A stretch of DNA of 64,000 nt from Arenivirga flava (GTDB lineage: Bacteria > Actinomycetota > Actinomycetes > Actinomycetales > Microbacteriaceae): positions 1,591,809-1,655,808 of the forward strand of contig NZ_BSUL01000001.1 of assembly GCF_030161575.1 (NCBI RefSeq). The letters run 5' to 3'. A program made the translations under genes and the position numbers. The notes beneath the pieces were generated by a model. The model saw only the letters and a list, made by a program, of their open reading frames with translations, was not told the DNA's origin and did no database searches. Below, one piece after another: positions 1 to 7,319 of the stretch (position 1 is its first letter; every line of letters starts with the position of its first letter).

Positions 1-506
1 AGCTCACCCACGAGGGCAGCGCCGTCGCGATCTCGATGGTCGACATGCCGGCGCTCAACACGATCCAGTTCAGCTGGGTCAAGTCGAAGCTGGACGCGCA
101 CCCGCAGCCGGTGCCCACCATCTTCGAGCCGGAGGCGGGCGCCCGCGCCGTCGTGCAGGTGGCGCGCACCCCGCGCCGGCGCACGTGGGTCGGCGAGCCG
201 ACCGTCATGACCGTGCTCGGCAACATGTTCCTGCCGCGCTTCATGGACTGGTACCTGTCGAAGGCCGCCTGGGACGGCCAGTTCGCGCCGGACAAGGACG
301 GGCCCCGGCTGCCGGAGAACCTCTACGAGCCCGCGCCCGGCGACCACGGCGCACGCGGCGCGTTCAGCGACCGTGCGAAGGAGGACTCGGTGCAGCTCTG
401 GGGCATCCGCAACCGCCGGCTCGCGGCGGGTGCCGGCGCGGCGCTCGGCGCGGCGCTCGGCGCGGGCGCTGCCGCGCTCGCCGTCGGGCTGCTGCGCCGA
501 CGCTGA
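1..506 (+). CDS. C-terminal fragment of a hypothetical protein with a hydrophobic Ala/Gly-rich C-terminal tail (possible tail-anchored oxidoreductase-like protein); 5' end lies outside the window
   Basis: The reading frame is open from base 3 (LTHEGSAVAISMVDMPALNT...) to the TGA at 504-506. The composition is protein-like (W, F, Y, K, D present), unlike the overlapping Arg-rich frames. The C-terminus AGAGAALGAALGAGAAALAVGLL is a hydrophobic tail. Confidence 0.45.
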   Translation, partial: LTHEGSAVAISMVDMPALNTIQFSWVKSKLDAHPQPVPTIFEPEAGARAVVQVARTPRRRTWVGEPTVMTVLGNMFLPRFMDWYLSKAAWDGQFAPDKDGPRLPENLYEPAPGDHGARGAFSDRAKEDSVQLWGIRNRRLAAGAGAALGAALGAGAAALAVGLLRRR

Positions 507-596
507 GGCTCGGGCCCGGCTTCTGGGCACCGCGGGCTCGGCTCCGGCCTGCGCGGATCGCGGGCTCGGGTCGGGGTCGCGTGCACGGACTGTGCA

Positions 597-792
597 GTAC
601 CGCGACGACAGCGGAGTACGCGGAATCATGCTGCGCTGTCGTCGCGGTACTTCGTCTCGTGCGTGCCGACCGCTCCGGAGGAGCAACGTCCTGCGCGAGT
701 CCGAAGCATGCCCGCTGCTCCGCCGACCCGGTCGGCCGTACGCGAACGACGCTGCGGTATCGGAACGGATGCTGCGCTGTCGTCGCGATACT
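597..792. repeat. Cluster of 17-bp motif GTA(C/T)CGCGACGACAGCG: a perfect inverted pair (597-613 / 634-650) plus a further reverse copy (776-792) with a degenerate partner near 741-760
   Basis: Direct reading: gtaccgcgacgacagcg ... cgctgtcgtcgcggtac, and cgctgtcgtcgcgatac at 776-792. The cluster sits in a convergent intergenic region. Confidence 0.6.
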
Positions 793-996
793 GCGCCGTG
801 AGGAAGGTGTGCCAGGCCGGATGGGCGGAGCGGCACGCTCGGCCGGGCCGGCGCGGCGCGGCGCGGCGGCTCGGCTCCGCGCGGCGGCTCAGCGCGGCGG
901 CTCGGCGGCTCGGCGCGGCGGCTCCGCGCGGGCGCACGGGCACCGCAGGGCGCACCGAGCCGTCGCCCTGCGCTCAGCCGTGCCGTCGCGCTGCGC

Positions 997-1929
997 TCAG
1001 CCGAGCGGCTTCAGGCCCTCACGGGTCTCGACGAGGAACTCGAGCTGGGCGGGCGTCGGCCAACCCGGCAGCTCCTGCACGTCGCGGCCCTGCTCGAACC
1101 ACTCGAGGTGCTGCTGCTCGGTCCAGTCCGCTGCGGGCTGCACGAAGAGGTTCGCGAGGCGGCCGTCCAGCACGGTGACGGCCACGTCGAAGCTGCGGTC
1201 GTCGAGCGCCGTGTACCGCCCGACCACCGGGAAGTTCGCGTTCCCCGGCACCGCCAGCGGCGAGCCCTCGGGGATGGCGAAGCCGATGCCCGGGTAGAAC
1301 GCTTCCTCGTCCTCCCCCAGGTACTCGACGGCGCGGGCGAGCTTCAACTGGGCACGCAGCTCGTACGAGCCGTGGTCCTCGCTGCGCTCGAGCAGCGCCT
1401 CGACGAGGGCGCGCGCGGGTGCCGGGATGTCGACGAGCTGCTCCTCGAGGGCGGGCTGCTCGTCGTCGAAGAGCCGTTCCAGCTCCTCCAGCTCGCGCTG
1501 GTCGGCGCTGCGCTTCGAGAACCACCAGCTGGCCGCGGTGGCCGCGACGGCGCCGAGGGCCATCGCGAGGCGCGGGGCGGGAACGCCCGCGCGCTGGAGG
1601 CGCTGCTGGAACCGTGCATCCGCCGCCTCGCCCAGCTCGGCCGCTGCGAGGGTGAGGCCGGCGGCTCCGGCGGTGAGACCGCCGCGCAGGCCGGGCTGGT
1701 CCTGCAGCTGCGGCTCGTCGCGCAGGCTCGCCCAGACGACGGCCGCACCGAGACCGGCGTTCGCCAGGCGCAGCGCGAAGCGCGCCCGCGGGCCGAGCGA
1801 GGCCGGGTCGATGAGCGCGAGCGCACCGGTCGCGGCGCTCGTGACGACTCCGTGCTCGACGCTTCGAGCGTCGCCCAGGCGGCGGAGGGAGGTGAGCAGG
1901 CAGTGCTGGATGTCGTCGCGGGTCGGCAT
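997..1929 (-). CDS. hypothetical protein (about 310 aa; Ala-rich helical N-terminal half, conserved-looking C-terminal half)
   Basis: ORF with protein-like composition (…FYPGIGFAIPEGSPLAVPGNANFPVVGRYTALDDRSFDV…WTEQQHLEWFEQGRDVQELPGWPTPAQLEFLVETREGLKPLG). The overlapping frames are Arg/Pro-rich junk. I do not recognise a family. Confidence 0.5.
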   Translation of the reverse strand: MPTRDDIQHCLLTSLRRLGDARSVEHGVVTSAATGALALIDPASLGPRARFALRLANAGLGAAVVWASLRDEPQLQDQPGLRGGLTAGAAGLTLAAAELGEAADARFQQRLQRAGVPAPRLAMALGAVAATAASWWFSKRSADQRELEELERLFDDEQPALEEQLVDIPAPARALVEALLERSEDHGSYELRAQLKLARAVEYLGEDEEAFYPGIGFAIPEGSPLAVPGNANFPVVGRYTALDDRSFDVAVTVLDGRLANLFVQPAADWTEQQHLEWFEQGRDVQELPGWPTPAQLEFLVETREGLKPLG

Positions 1930-1986
1930 GCGCCAACGCTAGCGCCGGCCGCTGGCAGAACCCAGGCCGCGTCCTAGGCTGGAGGC

Positions 1987-2400
1987 ATGACCCCGCGCGT
2001 GCCCGGCCTCACCGACCTGCAGCCCACCGACGCCCCCGAGGGCGTGACCGCCTGGCTCGGGTGGGCCGGCGACCTGCCGGTCACGATCGTCGTCGAGGAG
2101 CCCGCCACCGAGGAGCAGCTCGACACGTCCTTCATCGCCGGCGTCCTCGCCGACGCCGACGCGTGGATCGTGCGCGCCGGCGACGCGGTCGAGGAGTTCT
2201 ACCGCGCCGAGGCCGGCACCGCGACCGGGTGGTCGCCTGAGGCGACCTTCTGGGCAGGGCAGGAGTGGAGCATCCGCTTCGCCGAGTGCCCGCTGCCGGA
2301 GGTGGGCGACCTCGGCGTCGCGGTGCTGTTCTCGGGTGAGACGCTCGACTCGGTCGAGGACCTGTCGGCGGACGACGCCGACGACGCGCACGGACGCTGA
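1987..2400 (+). CDS. small acidic hypothetical protein (137 aa)
   Basis: ATG ORF, strongly acidic (D/E-rich), with W/F/Y residues and no Arg-rich bias. It is divergent from the 997-1929 gene. Confidence 0.45.
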   Translation: MTPRVPGLTDLQPTDAPEGVTAWLGWAGDLPVTIVVEEPATEEQLDTSFIAGVLADADAWIVRAGDAVEEFYRAEAGTATGWSPEATFWAGQEWSIRFAECPLPEVGDLGVAVLFSGETLDSVEDLSADDADDAHGR

Positions 2401-2437
2401 CCGATGCTGACGGCCCGTCGCCCGAAGCGGACCACCG

Positions 2438-2701
2438 TCAGCCCTGCGCGGCGCGCACCCGGTCGACGAGCTCGCGCCAGGGCCCCTCGAGCGCCGACTC
2501 CCCCACGCGCACCTCGTGCGTGGACGAGCGGATGCGGTACACGTAGCGGTCCGGACGGCCGTCCTCCGCGGGCGGCGCCTCCCACGGCACGTGCTCGAGC
2601 AGCTCGCGCCACGCATCGGCGTCGGGCTGCTGTTCGACGACCACGGTCCACTCCCGCGAGAGGCCCGCGACACCGCCGCTGCGCACCACCGTGATCCTCA
2701 T
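2438..2701 (-). CDS. emfourin-like small protein (putative protealysin/M4 metallopeptidase inhibitor family), 87 aa
   Basis: ATG at 2701 (revcomp). Sequence: MRITVVRSGGVAGLSREWTVVVEQQ…PDRYVYRIRSSTHEVRVGESALEGPWRELVDRVRAAQG. The RSGG(F/V)AG(L/I) N-terminal motif and the PDR(F/Y)xYRI…REL(V/I)xRV C-terminal pattern match my memory of the emfourin family. The upstream part of the listed 243-aa ORF is Arg/Gly junk. Confidence 0.5.
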   Translation of the reverse strand: MRITVVRSGGVAGLSREWTVVVEQQPDADAWRELLEHVPWEAPPAEDGRPDRYVYRIRSSTHEVRVGESALEGPWRELVDRVRAAQG

Positions 2702-2747
2702 GCGGCCGATGGTACGCCGCGCGCCGGGACGTCGCCCGATCGTGCTC

Positions 2748-2808
2748 GCAGCGGTGCGAGTCCTGGCGCCCGGGGCCGCGCCGCGGGCGCCAGGACTCGC
2801 ACCGCTGC
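2748..2808. terminator. Very strong hairpin (25-bp perfect stem, about 11-nt loop) 3' of the racemase/permease operon, followed by three 15-bp tandem repeats (2817-2860)
   Basis: gcagcggtgcgagtcctggcgcccg / cgggcgccaggactcgcaccgctgc are exact reverse complements. It lies 50 bp past the racemase stop on the transcribed strand. There is no clear U-tract. Confidence 0.4.
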
Positions 2809-2856
2809 CGCTCGGGTCGGACGCGCTCAGATCGAACGCGCTCGGATCGAACGCGC

Positions 2857-3576
2857 TCAGACCCGCAGCAGCTCGCCCGGGCGGCGCGGTGGGGGCGCGT
2901 ACTCCTCCCGCCGCGACGTGCTGGCGCCCATGCGCACCAGCGCGCTCGCCAGGCCCACCGCGGCGGCCACGCCGTCGATGACGGGCACGCCGAGGCGCAC
3001 CTCGAGGGCGGTGCAGAGATCCGTCATGCCCGCGCAGCCGAGCACGATCGACTCGGCCCCGTCCTCGTGCACGGCCCGCTCGGCGAGGGCGCCGATGCGC
3101 TCGACCGCGGCGGGCGACGCCTCCTCGAGGTCGAGCACCGGGATGTCGGCGGCGTAGGCCGCCGCGCACGCCTCGCCGAAGCCGTAACGCCGGGTGAGGT
3201 CGCGGGTATGGCCGAGCGTGCGGGCCAGCGTGGTGACGACCGCGAAACGGCGGCTCACCAGCGCGGCGGCGTGCATGCCCGCCTCGGCGATGCCGATCAC
3301 GGGCCCGCGGGCGAGCTCGCGCGCCGCGTCGAGGCCGGGATCGCCGAAGCAGGCGATGACGTGCGCGTCGGCGCCGCCCGCATCCGCTCGTTCGATCGCC
3401 CGCAGCAGGCCGGGCAGGGCCAGTGCGTCGTCGGTGTGGCTCTCGAGGGCGGCGGGCCCCTCGTCGTTCGTGACGGCGTCGATCTCGACGCCGGGCCCGG
3501 CGACCGCCCGGGCCGTGACCGCGATCTTCGCGGTCATGGCCCGCGACGCGTTGGGGTTGACCAGCTGGATCCTCAC
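2857..3576 (-). CDS. Asp/Glu/hydantoin racemase family protein (hydantoin racemase-like)
   Basis: GTG start overlaps the permease stop (GTGA). Sequence (V/M)RIQLVNPNASRAMTAKI…AHVIACFGDPGLDAARE…IVLGCAGMTDL is typical of the Asp/Glu/hydantoin racemase fold, with two conserved Cys-containing motifs. Confidence 0.75.
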   Translation of the reverse strand: MRIQLVNPNASRAMTAKIAVTARAVAGPGVEIDAVTNDEGPAALESHTDDALALPGLLRAIERADAGGADAHVIACFGDPGLDAARELARGPVIGIAEAGMHAAALVSRRFAVVTTLARTLGHTRDLTRRYGFGEACAAAYAADIPVLDLEEASPAAVERIGALAERAVHEDGAESIVLGCAGMTDLCTALEVRLGVPVIDGVAAAVGLASALVRMGASTSRREEYAPPPRRPGELLRV

Positions 3577-5135
3577 GCGGCGTCCTCCGATACCGAACCG
3601 TCGTCGACGCCCTCGGTCTCGCCCTCGAAGGACGGCACGCGCGGGCGCATCCGCTCGAGCAGCACGAACAGCGCGAAGCCGATGCCGCAGCCGATGAACC
3701 AGCTGAAGTTGCCGAGCCAGGTGAGGTCGACCAGGCCGAGGTCGGCGAGCGGGCGGGTGAGCACCGCCGCGGCGACCGACGGCAGGCCGGCTCCGACCAT
3801 CGCCCAGATCGCGTTGGGGTTGACGCCCTTGCGGTACCAGTACGCGCCGTTCTCGGCCATCGTGTACATCGCGTCGACCTTGATGCGCTGGCGGGCGACC
3901 ACGTAGTAGCCGGCGATGAGGATGCCGAACAGCGGTCCGATCAGCGCACCGAGGAAGCCGAGGGTGTACTGGATCGCCTGGTCGTTGTTGTACCAGTTCC
4001 AGGGGGTCAGCAGCACCGAGCCGACGGCGGCGATCATGCCGCCCATCCGCCAGCTGATCTTCGACGGGGCGACGTTCGAGAAGTCGAAGGCCGGGGCGAT
4101 GAAGTTGGCGACGATGTTGATGCCGACGGTCGCGGTGACGAAGGTGAGGCCGCCGAGCAGGATCGCGAAGGGCGTGTCGATGCGCTCGACCGTGTGGATC
4201 GGGTCGGTGATGAGCTCGCCGAACACCGGCACGGTGGCGGATGCGGTGAGCACGGTCAGGATCGAGAAGAACAGGAAGTTGACGGGCAGGCCGAGCAGGT
4301 TGCCCTGCTTCACGGCCTTGAACGACCTGCCGTAGCGCGAGAAGTCGCCGAAGTTGAGCATCGGGCCCGAGAAGTACGACACGACGATCGCGATGGCCGC
4401 GAACATGACGGGGATCGACGCCCAGAGGTCGAGGGGCTCGCCGACGGAGAGGTCGAGGCTGATGTTCTCCCACCCCGCCCGGCTGACCAGGTAGACGGCC
4501 AGCACGATCATGACGACGTAGACGGCGGGCCCGGCGAAGTCGATGAAGCGGCGGATGCGCTCCATGCCGCCCCAGAACAGCGCGGCCTGGGCGAACCACA
4601 GGATCGCGTACGAGATCCAGCCGAGCGCCGAGAGCCCGAGGAAGGAGTAGTCGGTCGCGAGCGCCGCGGAGCCGGGGATGAACTTGAGGAACACGATGTT
4701 CAGCGACTCGGCGGCGAGGAAGGTCTGCACGCCGTACCAGGCGATGGCGATGAGACCGCGGATGATCGCGGGCACGTTGGCGCCGCGGATGCCGAAGATC
4801 GCCCGGTTGACGACCGGGTAGGGCACGCCGGTGCGCTGGCTCGGCTTCGCGACGAGGTTGGTGAAGACCTGCACGATGACGATGCCGACGATGAGCGAGA
4901 CGAGCACCTGCCAGCTGGCGATGCCGAGCGCGAAGAGACTGCCCGCGGTGACGTAGCCGCCGACGCTGTGCACGTCGCTCATCCAGAACGCGAAGATGTT
5001 GTAGCTGCCCCAGCGTTGCTTGCGCAGCGGGGCGAGGTCCTCGTTGGCGAGGCGCGGATCGTAGCCCGGGCGCAGGTTGGTCTCGACGGGGGTCGCCGTC
5101 GCGGGGGCGGCGTCGCGCTCCAGTTGGTCGGTCAT
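3573..5135 (-). CDS. NCS1 family nucleobase:cation symporter (allantoin/hydantoin/cytosine permease-like), 520 aa
   Basis: 12-TM-like protein: …RWGSYNIFAFWMSDVHSVGGYV…NWYNNDQ…. It is translationally coupled to the downstream racemase. Confidence 0.85.
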   Translation of the reverse strand: MTDQLERDAAPATATPVETNLRPGYDPRLANEDLAPLRKQRWGSYNIFAFWMSDVHSVGGYVTAGSLFALGIASWQVLVSLIVGIVIVQVFTNLVAKPSQRTGVPYPVVNRAIFGIRGANVPAIIRGLIAIAWYGVQTFLAAESLNIVFLKFIPGSAALATDYSFLGLSALGWISYAILWFAQAALFWGGMERIRRFIDFAGPAVYVVMIVLAVYLVSRAGWENISLDLSVGEPLDLWASIPVMFAAIAIVVSYFSGPMLNFGDFSRYGRSFKAVKQGNLLGLPVNFLFFSILTVLTASATVPVFGELITDPIHTVERIDTPFAILLGGLTFVTATVGINIVANFIAPAFDFSNVAPSKISWRMGGMIAAVGSVLLTPWNWYNNDQAIQYTLGFLGALIGPLFGILIAGYYVVARQRIKVDAMYTMAENGAYWYRKGVNPNAIWAMVGAGLPSVAAAVLTRPLADLGLVDLTWLGNFSWFIGCGIGFALFVLLERMRPRVPSFEGETEGVDDGSVSEDAA

Positions 5136-5205
5136 GGGTGGCCTTTCGTCCTGCGGCGTTCGCCGCTCGTCGGTGACGGGGATGGAGCCGGTGATGCGAT
5201 GACCT

Positions 5206-5219
5206 GAAGTTATGACTTC
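5206..5219. promoter_or_regulatory. Candidate operator palindrome GAAGT-TATG-ACTTC in the divergent promoter region between the NCS1 permease and the XRE-cupin regulator
   Basis: AT-rich inverted repeat in an otherwise GC-rich 188-bp divergent intergenic region. Confidence 0.3.
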
Positions 5220-5323
5220 GCGATTCGGGCGGCGTTTCCGCGATGTGAACGGCGTGTAACGCCTGCTGGGCTGCGCGAGCTTGCAGTTCGGACTTCACGA
5301 CGGGCGGTGCATATCATCGAGGC

Positions 5324-5923
5324 GTGGACGAACCCGACGCCCCGGCCTCCCTCGGCGCCCGCCTGCGCGCGGTGCGCGAGTCGCGCGGCCTGAGCGCCTC
5401 AGCGCTCGCGCGAGCACTCGGCATCTCGGCGAGCGCCGTCTCGCAGATCGAGCGCGACGTCATGCAGCCCTCGGTGTCGCGGCTCATCGCCATCACCGAT
5501 GCCCTCGGCGTGCCGCTCGCGACCGTCTTCGGCGACGGCGGCCCGGTCGACGCCGAGCCGAACTCGGTCGCCTCGCTGGCGGGTCACGACTTCGCGCTGA
5601 CGCGCGCCGGCCAGGCGCCGGCCGTGGAGCTCACCGGCGGCGTGCTGTTCCGCCGGCTCTCACCGCTGCCGACCCCCGGGGTCGACTTCTTCGAGTCGAC
5701 CTACCCGCCCGGCACGGCGGCGACGCCGGACGCGGAACGCATCCGTCACGAGGGCCACGAGATCGGCACGGTGCTCTCCGGCGAGCTCACCATCGATTTC
5801 GACGACGAGCGCGTGGTCCTGCGGGCCGGGGATGCGATCAGCTACGAGTGCTCGCGCCCGCACCGCATCCACAACGCCGGCACGGCGCCGGCGGTGGCCA
5901 CCTGGCTGATCGTGCATCCGTAG
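5324..5923 (+). CDS. XRE-family HTH transcriptional regulator with C-terminal cupin domain
   Basis: N-terminal HTH (LRAVRESRGLSASALARALGISASAVSQIERD) and C-terminal cupin (…HEGHEIGTVLSGELTIDFDDERVVLRAGDAISYECSRPHRIHN). It is divergent from the permease operon. Confidence 0.85.
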   Translation: MDEPDAPASLGARLRAVRESRGLSASALARALGISASAVSQIERDVMQPSVSRLIAITDALGVPLATVFGDGGPVDAEPNSVASLAGHDFALTRAGQAPAVELTGGVLFRRLSPLPTPGVDFFESTYPPGTAATPDAERIRHEGHEIGTVLSGELTIDFDDERVVLRAGDAISYECSRPHRIHNAGTAPAVATWLIVHP

Positions 5924-5931
5924 GGTTCGGC

Positions 5932-6212
5932 GCATCCGCGGGGGTCGGTGCGTCCGCGGGGTCAGGGCGTCCACGGGGGTCAGCGCGTCCACGGGGTCAG
6001 CGCGTCCACGGGGTCAGGGCGTCCGCGGGGATCAGGGCGTCCGCGGGGATCAGGGCGTCCGCGGGGTCAGCGCGTCCGCGGGGATCAGGGCGTCCGCGGG
6101 GATCAGGGCGTCCGCGGGGATCAGGGCGTCCGCGGGGATCAGGGCGTCCGCGGGGATCAGGGCGTCCGCGGGGATCAGGGCGTCCGCGGGGTCAGCGCGT
6201 CCGCGGGGGTCA
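5932..6212. repeat. About 15 tandem copies of a 17-18-bp G-rich unit (GGGGATCAGGGCGTCCGC and variants)
   Basis: Direct reading: gtccgcggggatcagggc repeated with point variants (gtccacggggtcagcgc). The array fills the whole convergent intergenic gap from the regulator stop (5923) to the protease stop (6210-6212). Confidence 0.9.
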
Positions 6213-7268
6213 GCCCAGGACCAGCCCCACACCCTCCCAGGCCTCGATGACCGCGGCGGCCTCGCCGGAGCCGTCGCCGTACTGCTCGGCGGCGGTCGCG
6301 ACCGTGGCGACGGCGAAGGCCGAGAAGTCCATGGTCGGCGTGACGCGACCGCTCGTGAGCGTGTCGTACCAGATGCGGCCCGCCGTCTCCCAGGCCCGCC
6401 CGCCGAGCTTCGTCGCTGCGAGGAAGAAGGCGCGGTTCGGGATGCCCGAGTTGATGTGCACCCCGCCGTTGTCGTCGCTCGTGGCGACGTAGTCGTCCAT
6501 GTGGCCGGGCTGCGGGTCCTTGCCGAGCACGTCGTCGTCGTAGGCGGTGCCCGGGGCGCTCATCGAGCGCAGCGCCGACCCCTGCACCTCCGCGGTGAAG
6601 AGGCCCTCGCCCACGAGCCAGCTGGCGTCGGCCGCGTTCTGCCCGCGGGAGTACTGCTCGACGAGCACGCCGATCACGTCGGCGATGGACTCGTTCAGCG
6701 CTCCGGACTGGCCCTGGTAGACGAGGTCGCCGGAGTGCTGGATCACGCCGTGCGCGAGCTCGTGGCCGATGACGCTCAGCGAGGCGGTGAAGCGGTTGAA
6801 GACCTCGCCGTCGCCGTCGCCGAACACCATGCGCTCGCCGTCCCAGAAGGCGTTGTCGTAGTCGCGCCCGAAGTGCACGGTCGCGTCGAGCGGCAGCTCA
6901 GCGTCGTCGATCGAGCGGCGGCCGAACACCTCCGCGAAGAACGCGTAGGTCTCGCCGAGGCCGTCGTAGGCCTCGTCGACGGCCACGTCGCCGTTAGACG
7001 GCTGGCCCTCGGAGCGCACCAGCACCCCGGGCAGCTGCTCCGCGCCCTGCGCGTCGCCGATGCTGCGCGCGGGCCCGGCCGGCTCGTCGGTGCCGGGCTC
7101 GGCGACGAGCGTCGACCGCGGCCGCAGCGGCGCCACGCGTCGCGCCGCGCGGAAGTCGGCCGCCTCCTGCAGCGAGAACCGCGCGGCGGCGGACGCTCGG
7201 CCGAAACGGGGGTCGTCGGTCTCGGCCAGGCGGTGCAGCAGGTACGGGGGGACGATGAAGCGAGCCAT
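6210..7268 (-). CDS. M4 family (thermolysin/protealysin-like) zinc metallopeptidase, no signal peptide
   Basis: HEXXH (VIGHELAHGV) plus the downstream GALNESIADV zinc-ligand motif. PPYLL in the short N-terminal propeptide region resembles protealysin-like proteases. 352 aa. Confidence 0.85.
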   Translation of the reverse strand: MARFIVPPYLLHRLAETDDPRFGRASAAARFSLQEAADFRAARRVAPLRPRSTLVAEPGTDEPAGPARSIGDAQGAEQLPGVLVRSEGQPSNGDVAVDEAYDGLGETYAFFAEVFGRRSIDDAELPLDATVHFGRDYDNAFWDGERMVFGDGDGEVFNRFTASLSVIGHELAHGVIQHSGDLVYQGQSGALNESIADVIGVLVEQYSRGQNAADASWLVGEGLFTAEVQGSALRSMSAPGTAYDDDVLGKDPQPGHMDDYVATSDDNGGVHINSGIPNRAFFLAATKLGGRAWETAGRIWYDTLTSGRVTPTMDFSAFAVATVATAAEQYGDGSGEAAAVIEAWEGVGLVLG

Positions 7269-7319
7269 GGGACGACTCTCCCAGCGACCACTGACACCCG
7301 TCCAGGGGGCGGGCGGATG

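Noticed and set aside
185-1297. 370-aa + strand ORF, and similar long ORFs (e.g. 1019-1936 -, 9288-10553 -, 10289-12781 -, 9868-13071 +, 12923-13954 -, 13842-15257 -, 14090-15967 - upstream half, 16091-17137 +, 16954-17865 -, 18986-20512 -, 20640-21746 -, 32893-33945 -, 37232-38836 -, 40651-44034 -, 44614-47940 -, 50624-52213 -, 51870-55643 -, 58673-61129 +, 59418-61448 -)
   Set aside because: Their composition is extremely rich in Arg, Ala, Pro and Gly, with essentially no Lys, Phe, Tyr, Ile or Asn. That is the signature of out-of-frame or antisense translation of high-GC coding DNA. Each overlaps a gene with a protein-like sequence and recognisable motifs.
5948-6250. Plus-strand ORF encoding a (RGDQGV)n repeat protein with RGD motifs
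   Set aside because: It is a translation of the 18-bp tandem array, antisense-overlapping the 3' end of the M4 protease gene. It has no start codon context, and its repeat purity indicates a DNA-level tandem repeat.
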